Below are positions 46,982-60,588 of a stretch of 64,000 nt of DNA, piece after piece. The stretch covers positions 992,001-1,056,000 of the forward strand of contig MCFH01000006.1 of the NCBI GenBank assembly GCA_002104945.1. The letters run 5' to 3'. Within the stretch, counting starts at the first letter, position 1. The number at the start of each line of letters is the position of its first letter. This DNA comes from Piromyces finnis finn (Eukaryota; Fungi; Neocallimastigomycota). The translations under genes were made by a program, and so were the position numbers. The notes under the pieces were generated by a model, which saw only the letters and a list, made by a program, of their open reading frames with translations, did not search any database and was not told the origin of the DNA.

Positions 46982-48408
46982 ATAAAACAATTTTATTATT
47001 TTTAATTAAAATTTAAATTAACAATTATAAAATTAATTTTTTAAATTTTAGTATGATATTTATAATTTAAAAATTTTGAATAAATTGTATATATATTTTA
47101 ATATTAAATATTTTAATCGTATAAATAATAAAGAATAGAAAATGTTTATGAATTTTTTTTTTAATAAAATATAAATATAATAAAAATAAATAAAGTAAAA
47201 TAAAATATAAATTAATTTTTATTTATTTAAAACAGAATATATATTTCTTATTTACTTTTAAATTGTTAATAAATACAAATAATTTTATTTTTTTTTTTTT
47301 TATTTCATAATAAAGGTATTTCTTTAAAAATAAAAAATATAAAAATTTTTATGGTATAAACGAATGCACTGAAAAAATACTAAATCATTTAATGTAATAC
47401 AGTAAAAAAAATAATAATGAAATATTATTATAAATAAATTTTTTTTATTCGAAATTATTGTATCATAATATAATAACAATAATTTTTTTTTTTTTCTTTT
47501 TTTGAAATTGACATTTGTTATAATCTATTATATTATAAGATAAAATGTTAATAAAAGCTTACTATTAATAATAATAATAATATTTATATATTTTTCATTT
47601 CTTAGATTGTACTACATATAATCTAGTTACATTTTAGAATTTTGGAAATGCTTTTGGCTCATGACATAAATTATAAATAACAGATATTCTTATAGTATTC
47701 TTAATTCTACATAATAATTAAATATTATTTAAATAAATTGTTTATTAAATAAATTTTAAAATATAACAATATATATAATATTTTATATATATATATAAAT
47801 ATTTTGTTATAAACACTCAAAATATCCATATTGCTAAACTAGTTTATTTTGTTTGTCCTAATTAGCAATCTCCTTAAATAATCTTATATTATTATTTAGC
47901 ATTGGGCTATACTAATTAAACTTAAAAAAATTATGATATTTTTATGTATTCTAAAAAAAATTATTCCATACTATTTGAGAAATATAGAAAATAATGGTAT
48001 ATTAAAATATGTAAGTTTAAGTATAATAACTATATTGGAATTCAAGTATTACTAAAAAAATAATTATAATATTCTCTTATTTTAGCATATTTATTATTTT
48101 ATTAAATACTTAATAAATATTTCCTTTTTCATTTACACAAAAAAGTTCAAAAAGTATTTTAATATTAACAATAAGTCTAATTTACTATATTTTACTTTAT
48201 TTATTTTTATTATATTTATATTTTATTAAAAAAAAAATTCATAAACATTTTCTATTCTTTATTATTTATACGATTAAAATATTTAATATTAAAATATATA
48301 TACAATTTATTCAAAATTTTTAAATTATAAATATCATACTAAAATTTAAAAAATTAATTTTATAATTGTTAATTTAAATTTTAATTAAAAATAATAAAAT
48401 TGTTTTAT

Positions 48409-49404
48409 TTAGTTAGTTTCAATGATAGTTGGTAAGGTTTTAGTAGTTTTAATAACAGGTAAAGTTTTAGTAGTTTGAATAACAATTGTTTTAGTAGTTG
48501 GAACAATTGGAGCAATTGGTACTTCAGGAGTTTCAGAAGCTTCAGGTAATGATTTTGGAGCTGAAGTTTCTGAAGCAATTGGAGCAATTGGAGCATTTGG
48601 AGCATTTGGAACAATTGGAGTTTCAGGTATAGTTTTTGGAGCTGGAATTTCAACATTTTCTTCAGCAGCTAAACCACTATTTGTTGGTAAAGCCTTAGCT
48701 GGTAAAGTCTTAGTAGATTGAATAATTGAAGCTTCTGGGACTTTTGGAGCTACTGGTTCTGGTAATGATTTTGAAGCTGGTGTTTCTGGAGCTACTGATT
48801 CTAGAGCTATTGGTTCTGGTAATGATTTTGAAGCTGGTGTTTCTGGAGCTACTGGTTCTGAAGTTATTGGTTCTGGTAATGATTTTGAAGCTGGTGTTTC
48901 TGGAGCTACTGGTTCTGGAGCTATTGGTTCTGAAGCTATTGGTTCTGAAGTTATTGGTTCTGGTAATGATTTTAGAGCTGGGATTTCAGTATCTTCTTCA
49001 GCAATTAAATTATTAGTAACAGTTGGTAAAGTTTTAGCATGTAAAGTCTTAGTAGGTGGAACAATTGGAGTTTCTTGAATTCCTGGAGCTACTGGTTCTT
49101 TTAATGACTTTGGGGCTGGTGTTTCTGGTCTTTCTGGACCTTCAAGTAAAGACTTTGGAGCTGGTGCTTCTGGAACAACTGTAGTTTCTAGTAAAGCTTT
49201 TGGTGGTAAAGTTTTAGTAGATGGAACTACTGGTACAATTGGTTCAATTGGTTCAACTGGTTCAACTGGTTCAACTGGTTCAACTGGTTCAACTGGTTCA
49301 ACCAGTGCAATATCAACTTGAGTTGGTTCTTCATCAGAAATTGGTAAACCGATAGCATTTAAAGATAAAGAAAGAACAATACCGAAAACAAGAGAGAAAC
49401 GCAT
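48409..49404 (-). CDS. Inverted paralog of the secreted KTLP-repeat protein, 331 aa
   Basis: Same sequence minus 43 aa (one 24-aa plus one 19-aa unit). Confidence 0.8.
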   Translation of the reverse strand: MRFSLVFGIVLSLSLNAIGLPISDEEPTQVDIALVEPVEPVEPVEPVEPVEPIEPIVPVVPSTKTLPPKALLETTVVPEAPAPKSLLEGPERPETPAPKSLKEPVAPGIQETPIVPPTKTLHAKTLPTVTNNLIAEEDTEIPALKSLPEPITSEPIASEPIAPEPVAPETPASKSLPEPITSEPVAPETPASKSLPEPIALESVAPETPASKSLPEPVAPKVPEASIIQSTKTLPAKALPTNSGLAAEENVEIPAPKTIPETPIVPNAPNAPIAPIASETSAPKSLPEASETPEVPIAPIVPTTKTIVIQTTKTLPVIKTTKTLPTIIETN

Positions 49405-50512
49405 TTTGAAATATTTGTAATAAATTTACTTTTTAAATTTAAAATTATTTATTTATTATTCTTTTTATTTTTATAAAAGAGTATTATTATATACAAATTT
49501 TGAATTGTATTATAATTATTAAAAAAAAAGAAAAGAAAATTTTACCTATTTATATTTTTTTTAATAAATATTAACATATTGTATTAATAGTATTTTAATA
49601 ATATATTTTAATAATGAATAATATTAAAACAACTTATTATATATGATTATAATTGAAACCAATTATTTATTCATTTCTAATAACAAATATCATAAAATAG
49701 GATAAAAAAAAGGAGAATAGTTTTATTATGAAAGAAATAATAATATCATATTAACATGATTTAATATAAAAATATAATAATAATTAAAATTTGTAGTTGT
49801 GATATTAATAAATACAAAAAATGAAAATCAATGATAGTAACAAACTTTAAAAATATTTAAAATGAATTTTGAGCCAATTTTGAATGATAAACGTAACACA
49901 ATAATATCATAAGGAATATTTTAAATATTTTTGAAAAATAGTAATAAATATTAATTAGTGATAAATGTTACACTCGAATTATTAAAATTCCTTTTTTTAT
50001 ATTTAAATAAAGCATAAATTTATCATAGAAAGAATTTTACCATAAAGAACTTTATTTATTTAAATTAATAGAAAATAATTAATATTAGAGAATAATAAAG
50101 CTTTAAAAAAACCTTTATAATTTAATTAATTATTATGTAAATAATGGATTATATTTATCATCACTAAATAAAATAATATTATAATGAATTTATATTAGGA
50201 AATAAGCTTAAAATAAATTAATTTCCATTATGAAGTTTTATATAGGAAGAATAACACTAAAGGTTGAAAAAAGTAAGATATTAATATTATGATCTATTGA
50301 TTTATGAATAAATTTATTATATTTATTTAACTTTAATCTAATATGTAGTAGTTTTGAACAGGAGAAATAAAATAATAAATATGATTAAAAATTAAAATTA
50401 ACTAATAAAAAAAAAAAAAAACAACTATTCCATTGTCATAACTATTTTTTTTTTATAATTTAATTATTACATAATAATTAATAGTAAATTACATGACATA
50501 GTTAACTAAATG

Positions 50513-50557
<45 letters not shown>

Positions 50558-51193
50558 ATTTTATTATTTTATTTTATATTTTTAAAATTTATATATAAGT
50601 TGTAAAATGCTATTTATAAATATAAAAGAAATAATAATAATATTAATAATTACATCAACAATTAAAGAATAAATATATATATATTATTATAATAATAACG
50701 ATTTTATATTAAAAGTATTTATTAATTATTTATATACGATAAAATTGTTTAATGGTTTCATTGAATGTATGATTTGTATTTAAAATTAAATTTATAAGAA
50801 TATATTTTTTTTATTGAAAAAAAAAAAAATAAAAAAAATTAAATATATTAAATTAAAATATTAAGAGTATTAATAATATTAATAAATTACTTGAAAGAAA
50901 TAAAAAAAAAAAAAGGAAATTAAAAAATAATAAGTTTTATGAATCAGCAGTAATATTGTTGTTTACATTTCATAAAATAAAAAAATATGAATAAATTTAT
51001 TATTGATAAATAATGATCTTAATCATTACTTATCTATAATAAATAATATTTATATTTTTATTTATGATATTTTTTTTTTTTTTTTTTTTTTCGTTTTAAG
51101 ATTTCGTTATATACTTTTATATTGGACGCTATTCATCGATATATTAAATATATAATTTTAAATTAATATATTTTTCATTTTTAATGTAAAGAT

Positions 51194-54100
51194 TTAATTT
51201 GTAGAATTATTCATATTTTTAAATAAACTTACATTAGTTAATGGAGAGGCTGCAGTTATACCAGTTTTTATAGATGGTGACTCTTTTCGAAAAGTAATGG
51301 TATTAACAGCATTAGTTGATGACGTAAATTTAGTATTCATATAGGGTGAGCTTTTGCTACCCTTTAAGGATTTTGTCATATTTGACAATTGAACATATGG
51401 TGATCTCTGTGGTGGATTCATGCCTTTCATAATTTTATCATTGGTTGGTGTAGGTGGTTGTTGTTGTGGTTGACCATTTACTAATGAAATAGTTTGAGGC
51501 TGGGCCATTGTCATTTGATTTATTCCTTGAATGGTTTGTATTTGCCCTTGTTGTTGACCTGGATTTGAAATAAGTACTTGGGATGGTTGTACTTGATAAG
51601 GCTGGGGATTATTGGGTTGACCTGGAAGTTGTACCATTCTTACTTGTGGTACTTGCTGAGCCATACCAGGAGTAGTTTGTTGAATATAAGTTGGGGTTCG
51701 AGTAATTTGAATAATTTGTCCATTTGGTTGTTGAATGAGTTGAGGTTGATTTGATTGGAAATGTATTTGTTGTGGGTTAACTTGATGAATTTGTGATATT
51801 TGCATTGGTTGCGCCATATTTGCAGGATAGGATATATGTTGGACTTGTGGACCTTGAGGTTGCTGTATTTGGGGTTGTTGTGATTGTTGTAAAGTAGATA
51901 TTGGTATATTTTGAATTGGCATTGATGGTTGTTGTTGTTGAATTACTTGTACTTGTTGTGGTATCATTTGGATTTGTTGGGAAGGTTGTTGTATAATAAC
52001 TGGTTGTGATTGTGCTTGTATTTGGGTTTGAGGTTGATTTAATATTACTTGTTGACCTTGTATTTGACCTTGCATTTGGGCTGGCATACGGAAAGTTTGA
52101 ATTGATGGATTTGAAATAGTCTGTCTTTGTTGAGGTTGTTGAATTATTATAGGTTGGCCATTTTGTCCTGGTACTGCTTGTTGAACAACGATATTTTGAA
52201 CTGCTCTTTGACCTGGTATACCATTAATTGTAGTGGTAGTAAATGAACCATTTTTCTGAACTGGTGATATCATGGTCTGTACAGCAGTAGGAATATTAGT
52301 GATAACTGGCTTCGACTGAGCTTGTACTTGTGATTGAGGTTGAGATTGACTAGGTTGAGATATTGGTTGCATTGATTGTGGTTGTTGTACTTGATTTGAT
52401 ATAACTTTTGTTATCTTAGTTTGTTGCTGATTTAATGGTGAAAACATTGCTTGGTTAGGAATTTGTCCTTGAACAGATACGTTACCAGAGGTATTATTCT
52501 TTATTGCTTGTGATTGTTGTAATGTAACATTACCAGCACTATTCGCAACATATACAGAGGAAGGTTGAGGTGGTGTTGGCATAGCAGTAATGGATCCTTG
52601 TGGCATGGTTGGAACAGTTTGGCCTTGACCTACTGTCATGGCCTGACCTTGAAGAGTAGGAACTTGAGCTTGAACAGGTTGTGGTGCGTTTCCTTGCGTA
52701 CCAGGTGATGGTAACACTTGTTGTACAGGAATTCTTTGAACTTGAGATACTTGCTGAATTGGTGTAGTTGCAATTCTTTGAGCCGTATTATTTTGTGCTT
52801 GAACAGCTTGAACTGGTTGTATATCATTGACTTGATTTACTGTTGGATTATTTGGAAAAACAAAGGTTGCTTGTGGTTTTCCAGATAATATATATTGTTG
52901 TCCAGCTTGAACTATTGGCGCTTGCTGAATTTGAATTTGATTTTGACCTTGTCCTTGTGGATGTTGGAGAACTTGTATTTGTCCCGCAGATTGAGCTGGT
53001 GAAGCATTTGGTAAGCTCATATTTTGTTGAGATATGAAATTTTGCTGTAGTTGTTGTTGGCCGTTTTCGATAATAAATTGTTGTTGTCCATTAGTCATTT
53101 GATTATGAGTTTGTGGAATCATTGGATTAGGTATTTGTCCTTGGCCAGTACGATTCTGTGAAGCCATCATTGGTGAGTATTGAATTGCTTGGGATGGCGT
53201 AGGTGGCTGTGTCATTGATACACCCATAGATTGTTGAGGAGTTGGTGGATGAGATTGCATTTGTACTTGAACTGGTGAAGGCATTGGTATTTGGGTAGGA
53301 ATGTATGGACTTTGACTTACTGATCTTTGAACTGGTAATGGTTGTGATGATGAACGTTGTATTGAATTTAAAGATCCACTACTTGATACTGATGATAATA
53401 TAGCTCCTTGTTCTACTGCTTTATTTTGTTTAGAAGTTTTAGTAGCATTTACTGCAGGAGTTGAATTTATCTTTGATGCTGCTGTATTACTTACAGTGGT
53501 AGATACAGATGAATTTTTTGGTTTTGAAACTGATGATTCTGTAACAATTGATACTGAATTAGAAAGTGATGATGGTATGCTAGTTGTTGAAGTATTATTA
53601 ATAGTACCTGCTTTTTGGAATGGTGAGATAATATTAAAGTTATGTAATGCATTTTCTAGGTTATGAACCTTTGAACTCAATGGAGTTGATATTGGCTCAT
53701 CAGGTTTAGGATTATTTTTATTAATAAGATTTGATGTGCTTATTTTTAGTTCAGATGATGATGAAAATGATTTTGAAGATTTGTTACTTAATTCATTAGT
53801 AGTAGAAATTGATGTAGTTGATGGAACAGTAGGTACTGCTGTTACTGATGGCACTGTAGGAACTGTAGAAATCATAGATCCTGGATGACTTGTTTGTGTT
53901 CCAATAAATGAAGCATTTGACGATATATAACTCATTGTAGTTGGAATAGCAGATGTTGTATGAGCTACAGGTGTATTTGATGGTACTGTTTTAAGAACTG
54001 TCATGCTATTTGGAGTTGTGATAGTTGTTGCTGTTGTAGTAGTTGGATTTGCTACAGATGTAGGTGGAACAGTTGTTGTTACAACTGTTGCGGCTGTAGT

Positions 54101-54769
54101 GGCAGAATTTGTATTAGTTGATGGGACAGTTGAAGCGTCAGTAGCATTAGGAGCTACTATATTTGTTGTATTAGTTTTTGTGGAATCTATAATTTTTTCA
54201 TTCAAGAGTGTAGAATCAATATATTTAGTAATATCTGAAAAGTCAGCATCCATTGATATATCTTTCATTATATTTGAATCAATTTTACTACTATCAATTT
54301 GATTTAAATTAGTAGTTGTTCCAAGAGTTGTTGCCTGAGTATTTGTTTGATTTAAAAAATTTGTTGTGCTTGCGGAATCGATATTCATATTCATGTTAAA
54401 ATCTCCAATACCATTGTATATTTGAAGTGAATTTTGTAAAAATGGATCGAAAGTATTTGAACCTAGTGCATTTAATGAAGGATCTGTTCCATTTGAATTT
54501 ACTGTCATTATATTCCGATAATTCATGGTATTTAATAATTGATTATCTCCTGATAATTGACTGGCTTGATTATATAAACTTACTCCAGAAGAAATCATAT
54601 TAATATCACTGTATACTTGGTTATTAAATACTTGTGGAGAAAGAATTTGATTATTTTGATCCTTTATTTCGTCTCCATTTGAACCTTTTGCATTATTGTT
54701 TGCGTCTTTAATAATATTAATAGGGCTACTCATAGGGGTTAATGAAGCTATTGATTCTAATTTTGTCAT
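51194..54769 (-). CDS. Large low-complexity S/T-rich then Q/P-rich protein, function unknown
   Basis: 1191-aa uninterrupted ORF, clearly higher in GC than its flanks; no domain recognised. Confidence 0.75.
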   Translation of the reverse strand: MTKLESIASLTPMSSPINIIKDANNNAKGSNGDEIKDQNNQILSPQVFNNQVYSDINMISSGVSLYNQASQLSGDNQLLNTMNYRNIMTVNSNGTDPSLNALGSNTFDPFLQNSLQIYNGIGDFNMNMNIDSASTTNFLNQTNTQATTLGTTTNLNQIDSSKIDSNIMKDISMDADFSDITKYIDSTLLNEKIIDSTKTNTTNIVAPNATDASTVPSTNTNSATTAATVVTTTVPPTSVANPTTTTATTITTPNSMTVLKTVPSNTPVAHTTSAIPTTMSYISSNASFIGTQTSHPGSMISTVPTVPSVTAVPTVPSTTSISTTNELSNKSSKSFSSSSELKISTSNLINKNNPKPDEPISTPLSSKVHNLENALHNFNIISPFQKAGTINNTSTTSIPSSLSNSVSIVTESSVSKPKNSSVSTTVSNTAASKINSTPAVNATKTSKQNKAVEQGAILSSVSSSGSLNSIQRSSSQPLPVQRSVSQSPYIPTQIPMPSPVQVQMQSHPPTPQQSMGVSMTQPPTPSQAIQYSPMMASQNRTGQGQIPNPMIPQTHNQMTNGQQQFIIENGQQQLQQNFISQQNMSLPNASPAQSAGQIQVLQHPQGQGQNQIQIQQAPIVQAGQQYILSGKPQATFVFPNNPTVNQVNDIQPVQAVQAQNNTAQRIATTPIQQVSQVQRIPVQQVLPSPGTQGNAPQPVQAQVPTLQGQAMTVGQGQTVPTMPQGSITAMPTPPQPSSVYVANSAGNVTLQQSQAIKNNTSGNVSVQGQIPNQAMFSPLNQQQTKITKVISNQVQQPQSMQPISQPSQSQPQSQVQAQSKPVITNIPTAVQTMISPVQKNGSFTTTTINGIPGQRAVQNIVVQQAVPGQNGQPIIIQQPQQRQTISNPSIQTFRMPAQMQGQIQGQQVILNQPQTQIQAQSQPVIIQQPSQQIQMIPQQVQVIQQQQPSMPIQNIPISTLQQSQQPQIQQPQGPQVQHISYPANMAQPMQISQIHQVNPQQIHFQSNQPQLIQQPNGQIIQITRTPTYIQQTTPGMAQQVPQVRMVQLPGQPNNPQPYQVQPSQVLISNPGQQQGQIQTIQGINQMTMAQPQTISLVNGQPQQQPPTPTNDKIMKGMNPPQRSPYVQLSNMTKSLKGSKSSPYMNTKFTSSTNAVNTITFRKESPSIKTGITAASPLTNVSLFKNMNNSTN

Positions 54770-57425
54770 TTAATATTATATATTATATCTTTTTTTTTTT
54801 CGGTTTTCCCCCCCCTCTTATTCCTTATCTTTTTTCTTTAATATTCTATTTAATTCTATATGTTTTTTTTATTATTGTATATTTATTGTATGTATATTTT
54901 ACTGAAAATTTTTACAAAATAATATGAAATATAACTTTTTTTGATATACTTGTTAAAAAAACTTTTAATATTAATAGTTTGTATTTACTTTACTACTTAT
55001 ACAGTATTAAATTTATTTTAAATTTTATTTTATATTTGTATACGATTTTGTAAAATATGATAGTAATTATTTGTTTTCCATTGTCTTTTTTTTTCCTTAT
55101 ATATAATAAAATAAAATTTAGTGTAACAAAATTATTACAAGCTAAATTTATTTTTCAATAAACAATATATTATTAGTATTTAAATATTACGACTTTATTT
55201 TTTTTTTTTTAAAAAAAAAAATAGGAAATATCAAAAAACAATATATTTAATATAATACAATTTTTTAATATATATTCTTTGTATTTCTGGCTTCTTTTTT
55301 TCAATTTCTTTATTCTATTGTTTTGGTTGTACTTTATTTATAGATGTTTAATTGTATATATATACTTTAAATAAAAAATGTTTTGAAAATATAACTGAAA
55401 AAAGTATTTAACTGAAAAATATTTCAAAATACAATTTTTTTTGTTTTTGTTAAAAGTATAGTTTCCTTCTGATATATCTTCTATTTATTTAACGTGCTAA
55501 AATAGAAGAATAATCTCGACTTGCTCTCTGTTGTTTATATTTATCCTTTAATATTTTTATTTCTTTACTGCTGTATTTCAATTATTTTACAAATTATTAT
55601 GGTACTAAAATAATTGACTATGAAAATATGAATTATTTCAATTATAATAAAAACAAAAAATAACAATAAAATAAAAAAATAGAAATTTAATATTTTATTT
55701 TTTTTTTCCGTATATGAGAAATGTATTCAGGTAAAAGTGTTGTATAGTAATATCGTATAGTAATTAATGAACTATTATGATATGTTTTGGATTTAGCCTA
55801 GTGGTTATGTATTTTAATGACAAAAGTATAAACAGTTACGTTTATTTTCTTTTTTACTTAAAAAAAATATATTTATTTAATTTTATAATTGAATATTTGA
55901 TAATATTTAGATAATACTTTAAAAGTATATCTTTTATTTATTATTTACTTGCTATTTATTTGAAAAAAAAAATAGAAATGAAAAAATGAAAATAGAAAAC
56001 TTTTTAAAATGTATATTTACTTTATATTAGAATTAAAAAAAAAAAAAAAAAGGAATATATTAATAAAAATGTTTGTAATCAATATTTAAATTTCAAAAAA
56101 GATATTTAATATTTTTTCATATTTTTTAATAATAATAAAAATTATAAATTTATTATTAACTTTTTACATATAAATAATAATAGTGTAAATAAATAATCTA
56201 AACACAATATATTAATAGAATTGAAAAATAAATTTAAAAATTTTAAATGGTAATAATAAATAAATAATATACTAATATATAAAGGTAAATAAATAATAAT
56301 TGAATGTTTTATTATTATATTGATAGTATATTATTATTATATGATGTTATTTTATTTAATTTTAATTCTTTATATCAAAAATTCTTATTTAATTAATAAA
56401 TAGAATTACAATATTTACCGTAATATATGTGTGGTATATTTGCAATCATTTTGACAATAGATTAATAGTATTTCATATATTAAAATATAAATATATTATA
56501 TTAATAATATTTATTTTATAATATATTAATAACTTATTATTATATATTATATTTATATTGTATTATATATTATTTAATATTTTAATTTATTATTATTTCT
56601 ATTAATTAATGTATATTTTAATATTTTAGTAAGAACTAGGACGACAATCTACTTATTTGTTGCAAGAATTCACCAAAGGTTTTTTTTTAATTATAAGGAA
56701 AAAAATCCTATGTAATATATAATATTGGTAACAAAATTTAGTTAAAAGTAAAATCATCAATTCTACGATAATAGAAAGCATAAATAAAATTCAAATTTCA
56801 TTTATATATAAAATAAAAAATATTATTATTAAAATTAAAGCAGTTCATAGACATATTTATAATTTATAGGTAAAAAAAAATAATGTAATAATAATATTAT
56901 AGTATTAAATCAAAATTATGATTCATACTAAATATTATGACCTTTTATGATACTTTGATTATTTAATATTATAAAAGTAATAATTAAAAATAATAAAATG
57001 ATGGTTAGTAATGATATAATGAATGGTAGTAGTTTAGAGTTTAAAAACTCAGATGACTTTCAATTCACATACTATTTAATTTGAATTACATTATTTTATT
57101 TGTACATAAATGCTTTTTTAAAATATAAAAAGTATGTATATGTAAATAAAGCCATTAAAAATAAAAATATATAATTTTATTTTTATTTTCCAATTTTTAT
57201 ATTATTTAAATAATTAAAAAAAACTTTCAAGTTGCTCTATTTAAAATTAGAGTTTTGATATAAAAATTAATATTATTTAATATTGAAACTCTATAAAATA
57301 ATATATTAATATATAATGGTAATATATGGATATTTTAATAATAATTACTATGATATTTGTTATGATTAATAAGAATTTAAATTCTTGGTATAATATAAAA
57401 AACTATGATTTTAAATAAATAAAAT

Positions 57426-57535
<110 letters not shown>

Positions 57536-57775
57536 ACTATATCATTAATTTTTTTTTATAAGGATGCCATCAATATATTAATATTTTTTCGAAAATTTCA
57601 AACATTGTTATTTTTTGAAAAAAGTATTATGCAATATTATTCATATTTATGCATATATAATTTGTTATTATAAATTACGTAAATGTATAAAAGACCTTTA
57701 TTTAATTAAAAGTTATAATGCTTATTATTACAAACACTTTTTTTTATAAAACCTGTTTTAAAATAATATTTTTTT

Positions 57776-57778
<3 letters not shown>

Positions 57779-57819
<41 letters not shown>

Positions 57820-58351
57820 TTCCGAGTGCATTTCTCCCATCGATCAGAGTTAGCTCCAATGGTGGTTCTTAGAGAAACGTTGGCTCATTCCTATTGCTAG
57901 GTGGTTGTGACCCTCCTGGTCTGTCATACTGTTTCTTCAGCTTCGACGCTCACTTAATCCATGTACATTAGATGCATGTCGTTGTACGATATTTCACAAC
58001 TACAATGCTAAGCCTCTTATAGTCAATTTGATCACGTGTCAACCGCCCCCTAATGTTTACACTTAAATTGATTAAGGAATATTATGTGTTTTTGGCATAG
58101 CCTAAGTCACCACTTATTAAGTTCTAATTTGGAATGTACCATGTACACTAGACCCTCTCAGGCCGGCTAGACGAGTGTTATTATCATAGTAGTAAATTAG
58201 AAAGTTCATTTATACTTACCTGAATATCATAACCCAACCCATGGCAAACCCAGTGGGAAAATCCACAGGCACTGACATCTGCGGGGTCGAACCAGAAGCC
58301 TTATGTATGCTAAGGAAACGCCTTAACAACCAGGATAAAAACTGGAACGAC
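57779..58351 (-). mobile_element. Full-length tRNA-derived SINE with LINE-related 3' tail
   Basis: TSD atattttttttct at 57766-57778 and 58352-58364; A-tail at 57779-57816. Head has A-box-like TATCCTGGTTGTTAAGGCG, a 5-bp/7-nt stem-loop CCTTA-GCATACA-TAAGG, and B-box GGTTCGACCCC. Confidence 0.85.
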
Positions 58352-59039
58352 ATATTTTTTTTCTGAATTGGAAAATAGTATCCGTACATTCTCATTAATT
58401 TTATTTTAATTTTAAGAAGCGACTAAATATTCAATATATTATAATATATTCAGTCAATAGTAATAAAATTAGAGAATATTTAGATATGTAATTTCTTTCA
58501 AAATATGAAAATATTATTTTTTTATAATTATTGAATATATATTAAATAATATTTATTTTATCCATTTGATAGTTTTACACATTCTTACATTTACGAGTAT
58601 TTATGAATAAACTTTATCAAATTATTATTATTAGGAATCATAAAAAGCTAGCCTATTAAAATGATATATTAATTTAAATTACCTAATAAAACTTTTTATT
58701 TGATTCAATATAAATACTACAGCAATCGTTAATCAATTTTATTAAAATATATTAACTCAATATATATTTTATTATAATTGCTTAATATTTTATGATATTA
58801 AAAATTGTTATTTGATCATAACTTTTTTTTTATTAAATACAATCATTTTTATCCGCATTGATTGATGATTATTAATTAATTATTTAATTAATCAATTAAT
58901 TAATTTAATAAATTATACTCTATTTAGGAAAACAATACGTGATATACATAGATGTATAACTAATGTGAATAGGTTAATAAACTAAAAATAAATCTTTAAA
59001 AAAACGTTTGATGACAAAGTTTCTAAATTTAATAAAATG

Positions 59040-59144
<105 letters not shown>

Positions 59145-60588
59145 TTGAATTATTTTAATTAATTAATCGATGATTTTTTTATTTTTAAATATATTCATTA
59201 TTTTTTATTTTTCTTGTTTCAGTTTCGAGTAAGACAAAAGAACTTTAATATTTTTAATATTAAAAAAACACTATTTCATCCGATAATAGTATTATTCCTA
59301 TTTAAAAAAAAAAAGCTGGTTAGAAAATTTTAACTGAACGAATCAATATTAAAGAAATTAATTCAATAATTATAATTTTTATGTTATTTGTAGTAAAAGA
59401 AATTTATAATATTAACTTTAAAGCATTTATGAATCTATCTTTGTATTATTAAAATGTGAATTATTCAAAATAAATAAATAAAAAAAAAGCACTTTTTTAT
59501 TTTTTTTTTCTTTAAGATTTAACAAAAATCCGTTAATTTCATATTCTAATAAATTAATTAATAAATTAATTAATTAGTTAATATTAATAACAATAATATT
59601 ATTATTTAATATTTATTTCAATTATTTATTTTTAACATACTTCACATTACAATTATAATCTTTTTATAAACTTAAAGTGTTTTTTGAACATAATTTAAAA
59701 TATATTCTTTTTTCTTATTATTCGACTTAAAAATAATTACAAAACTTGTTTTTTTTATTTATTTTTTGTATTCTTGATAGTTTTTATTGTAAAGTGTAAA
59801 AAAAAAATAAATCGATCTAATATATTATATATATATTTATTATATATAAAAAATAAGTTGTTTTTTTCTTATAAAAGTATAAATTTGATGTACATTTATT
59901 TTTTCTTATAAAAGTATAAATTTGATGTACATTTAAAGAGAAATGAAGCCAGTCAATAATAAATAATACCAAATATAGTAATTATTTAAACTGTGGATAA
60001 TACAAAAATTTTATTTAAATAACAAAACTATAAAAATCAGTAGGTAAAATGCTATATTGACTGAGAATTTTCAAAGCAACTAACAATGTTTGAAAATTCG
60101 AAATAAAAAAAAGTTTACATGCATAATATATATTTCTTATAATATAATTTTTTTTTTAATATTATAAATCATAAATATATAATGAATATTTATATAAATA
60201 ATCTTATATGAAATCAAAAAGTATGTAAGGTTAATATTACTGTCTTTTTTTTTTTTTTTACTTTTATTTATATTTGATAAATGTCTTTATTCAAAAGGCA
60301 AAATGAAATAATTTGTATTATTGAATTTAAAATTTAATAAAAAAAAAAAGCATTCTTATATTATAATGTTAATTTATACAAAGAAAGTTAATATAAATAT
60401 TTTCTTTATAATATTTTTAATTTATACTGGTCCTATTTTAATATTAATGATATGAAACTATAGTAATGTAATATTGTAATAATTGAAATATTTCTTTTGA
60501 TAATAAAATTATTCACATTTTTATTTTTATTATTTTAAAATGTTATAGATAGAAAGTTAAATATTATTATATTATTAAAAATTATTGC

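Larger units (their letters stand above)
45051..49990. repeat. Inverted duplication: arms about 45051-47202 and 48189-49990, spacer about 1 kb
   Basis: Arms are near-identical reverse complements apart from the SINE insertion and repeat-unit number; weaker homology extends about 200 bp further out. Confidence 0.9.

Noticed and set aside
46245-49016. Leu-rich or Leu/Gln-rich ORFs overlapping the KTLP genes
   Set aside because: Antisense or alternate frames of the repeat-coding sequence.
58212-58222. ATACTTACCTG, matching the U1 snRNA 5' end
   Set aside because: No U1 stem-loops or Sm site follow; it is better explained as the antisense of a splice-donor motif inside the SINE.
58270-58351. 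Functional tRNA gene
   Set aside because: The anticodon loop lacks the conserved U, the acceptor stem does not pair, and it is part of a poly(A)-tailed, TSD-flanked element.
59860-59935. Two-copy direct repeat of about 38 bp
   Set aside because: Probably local slippage in AT-rich DNA; no associated feature.
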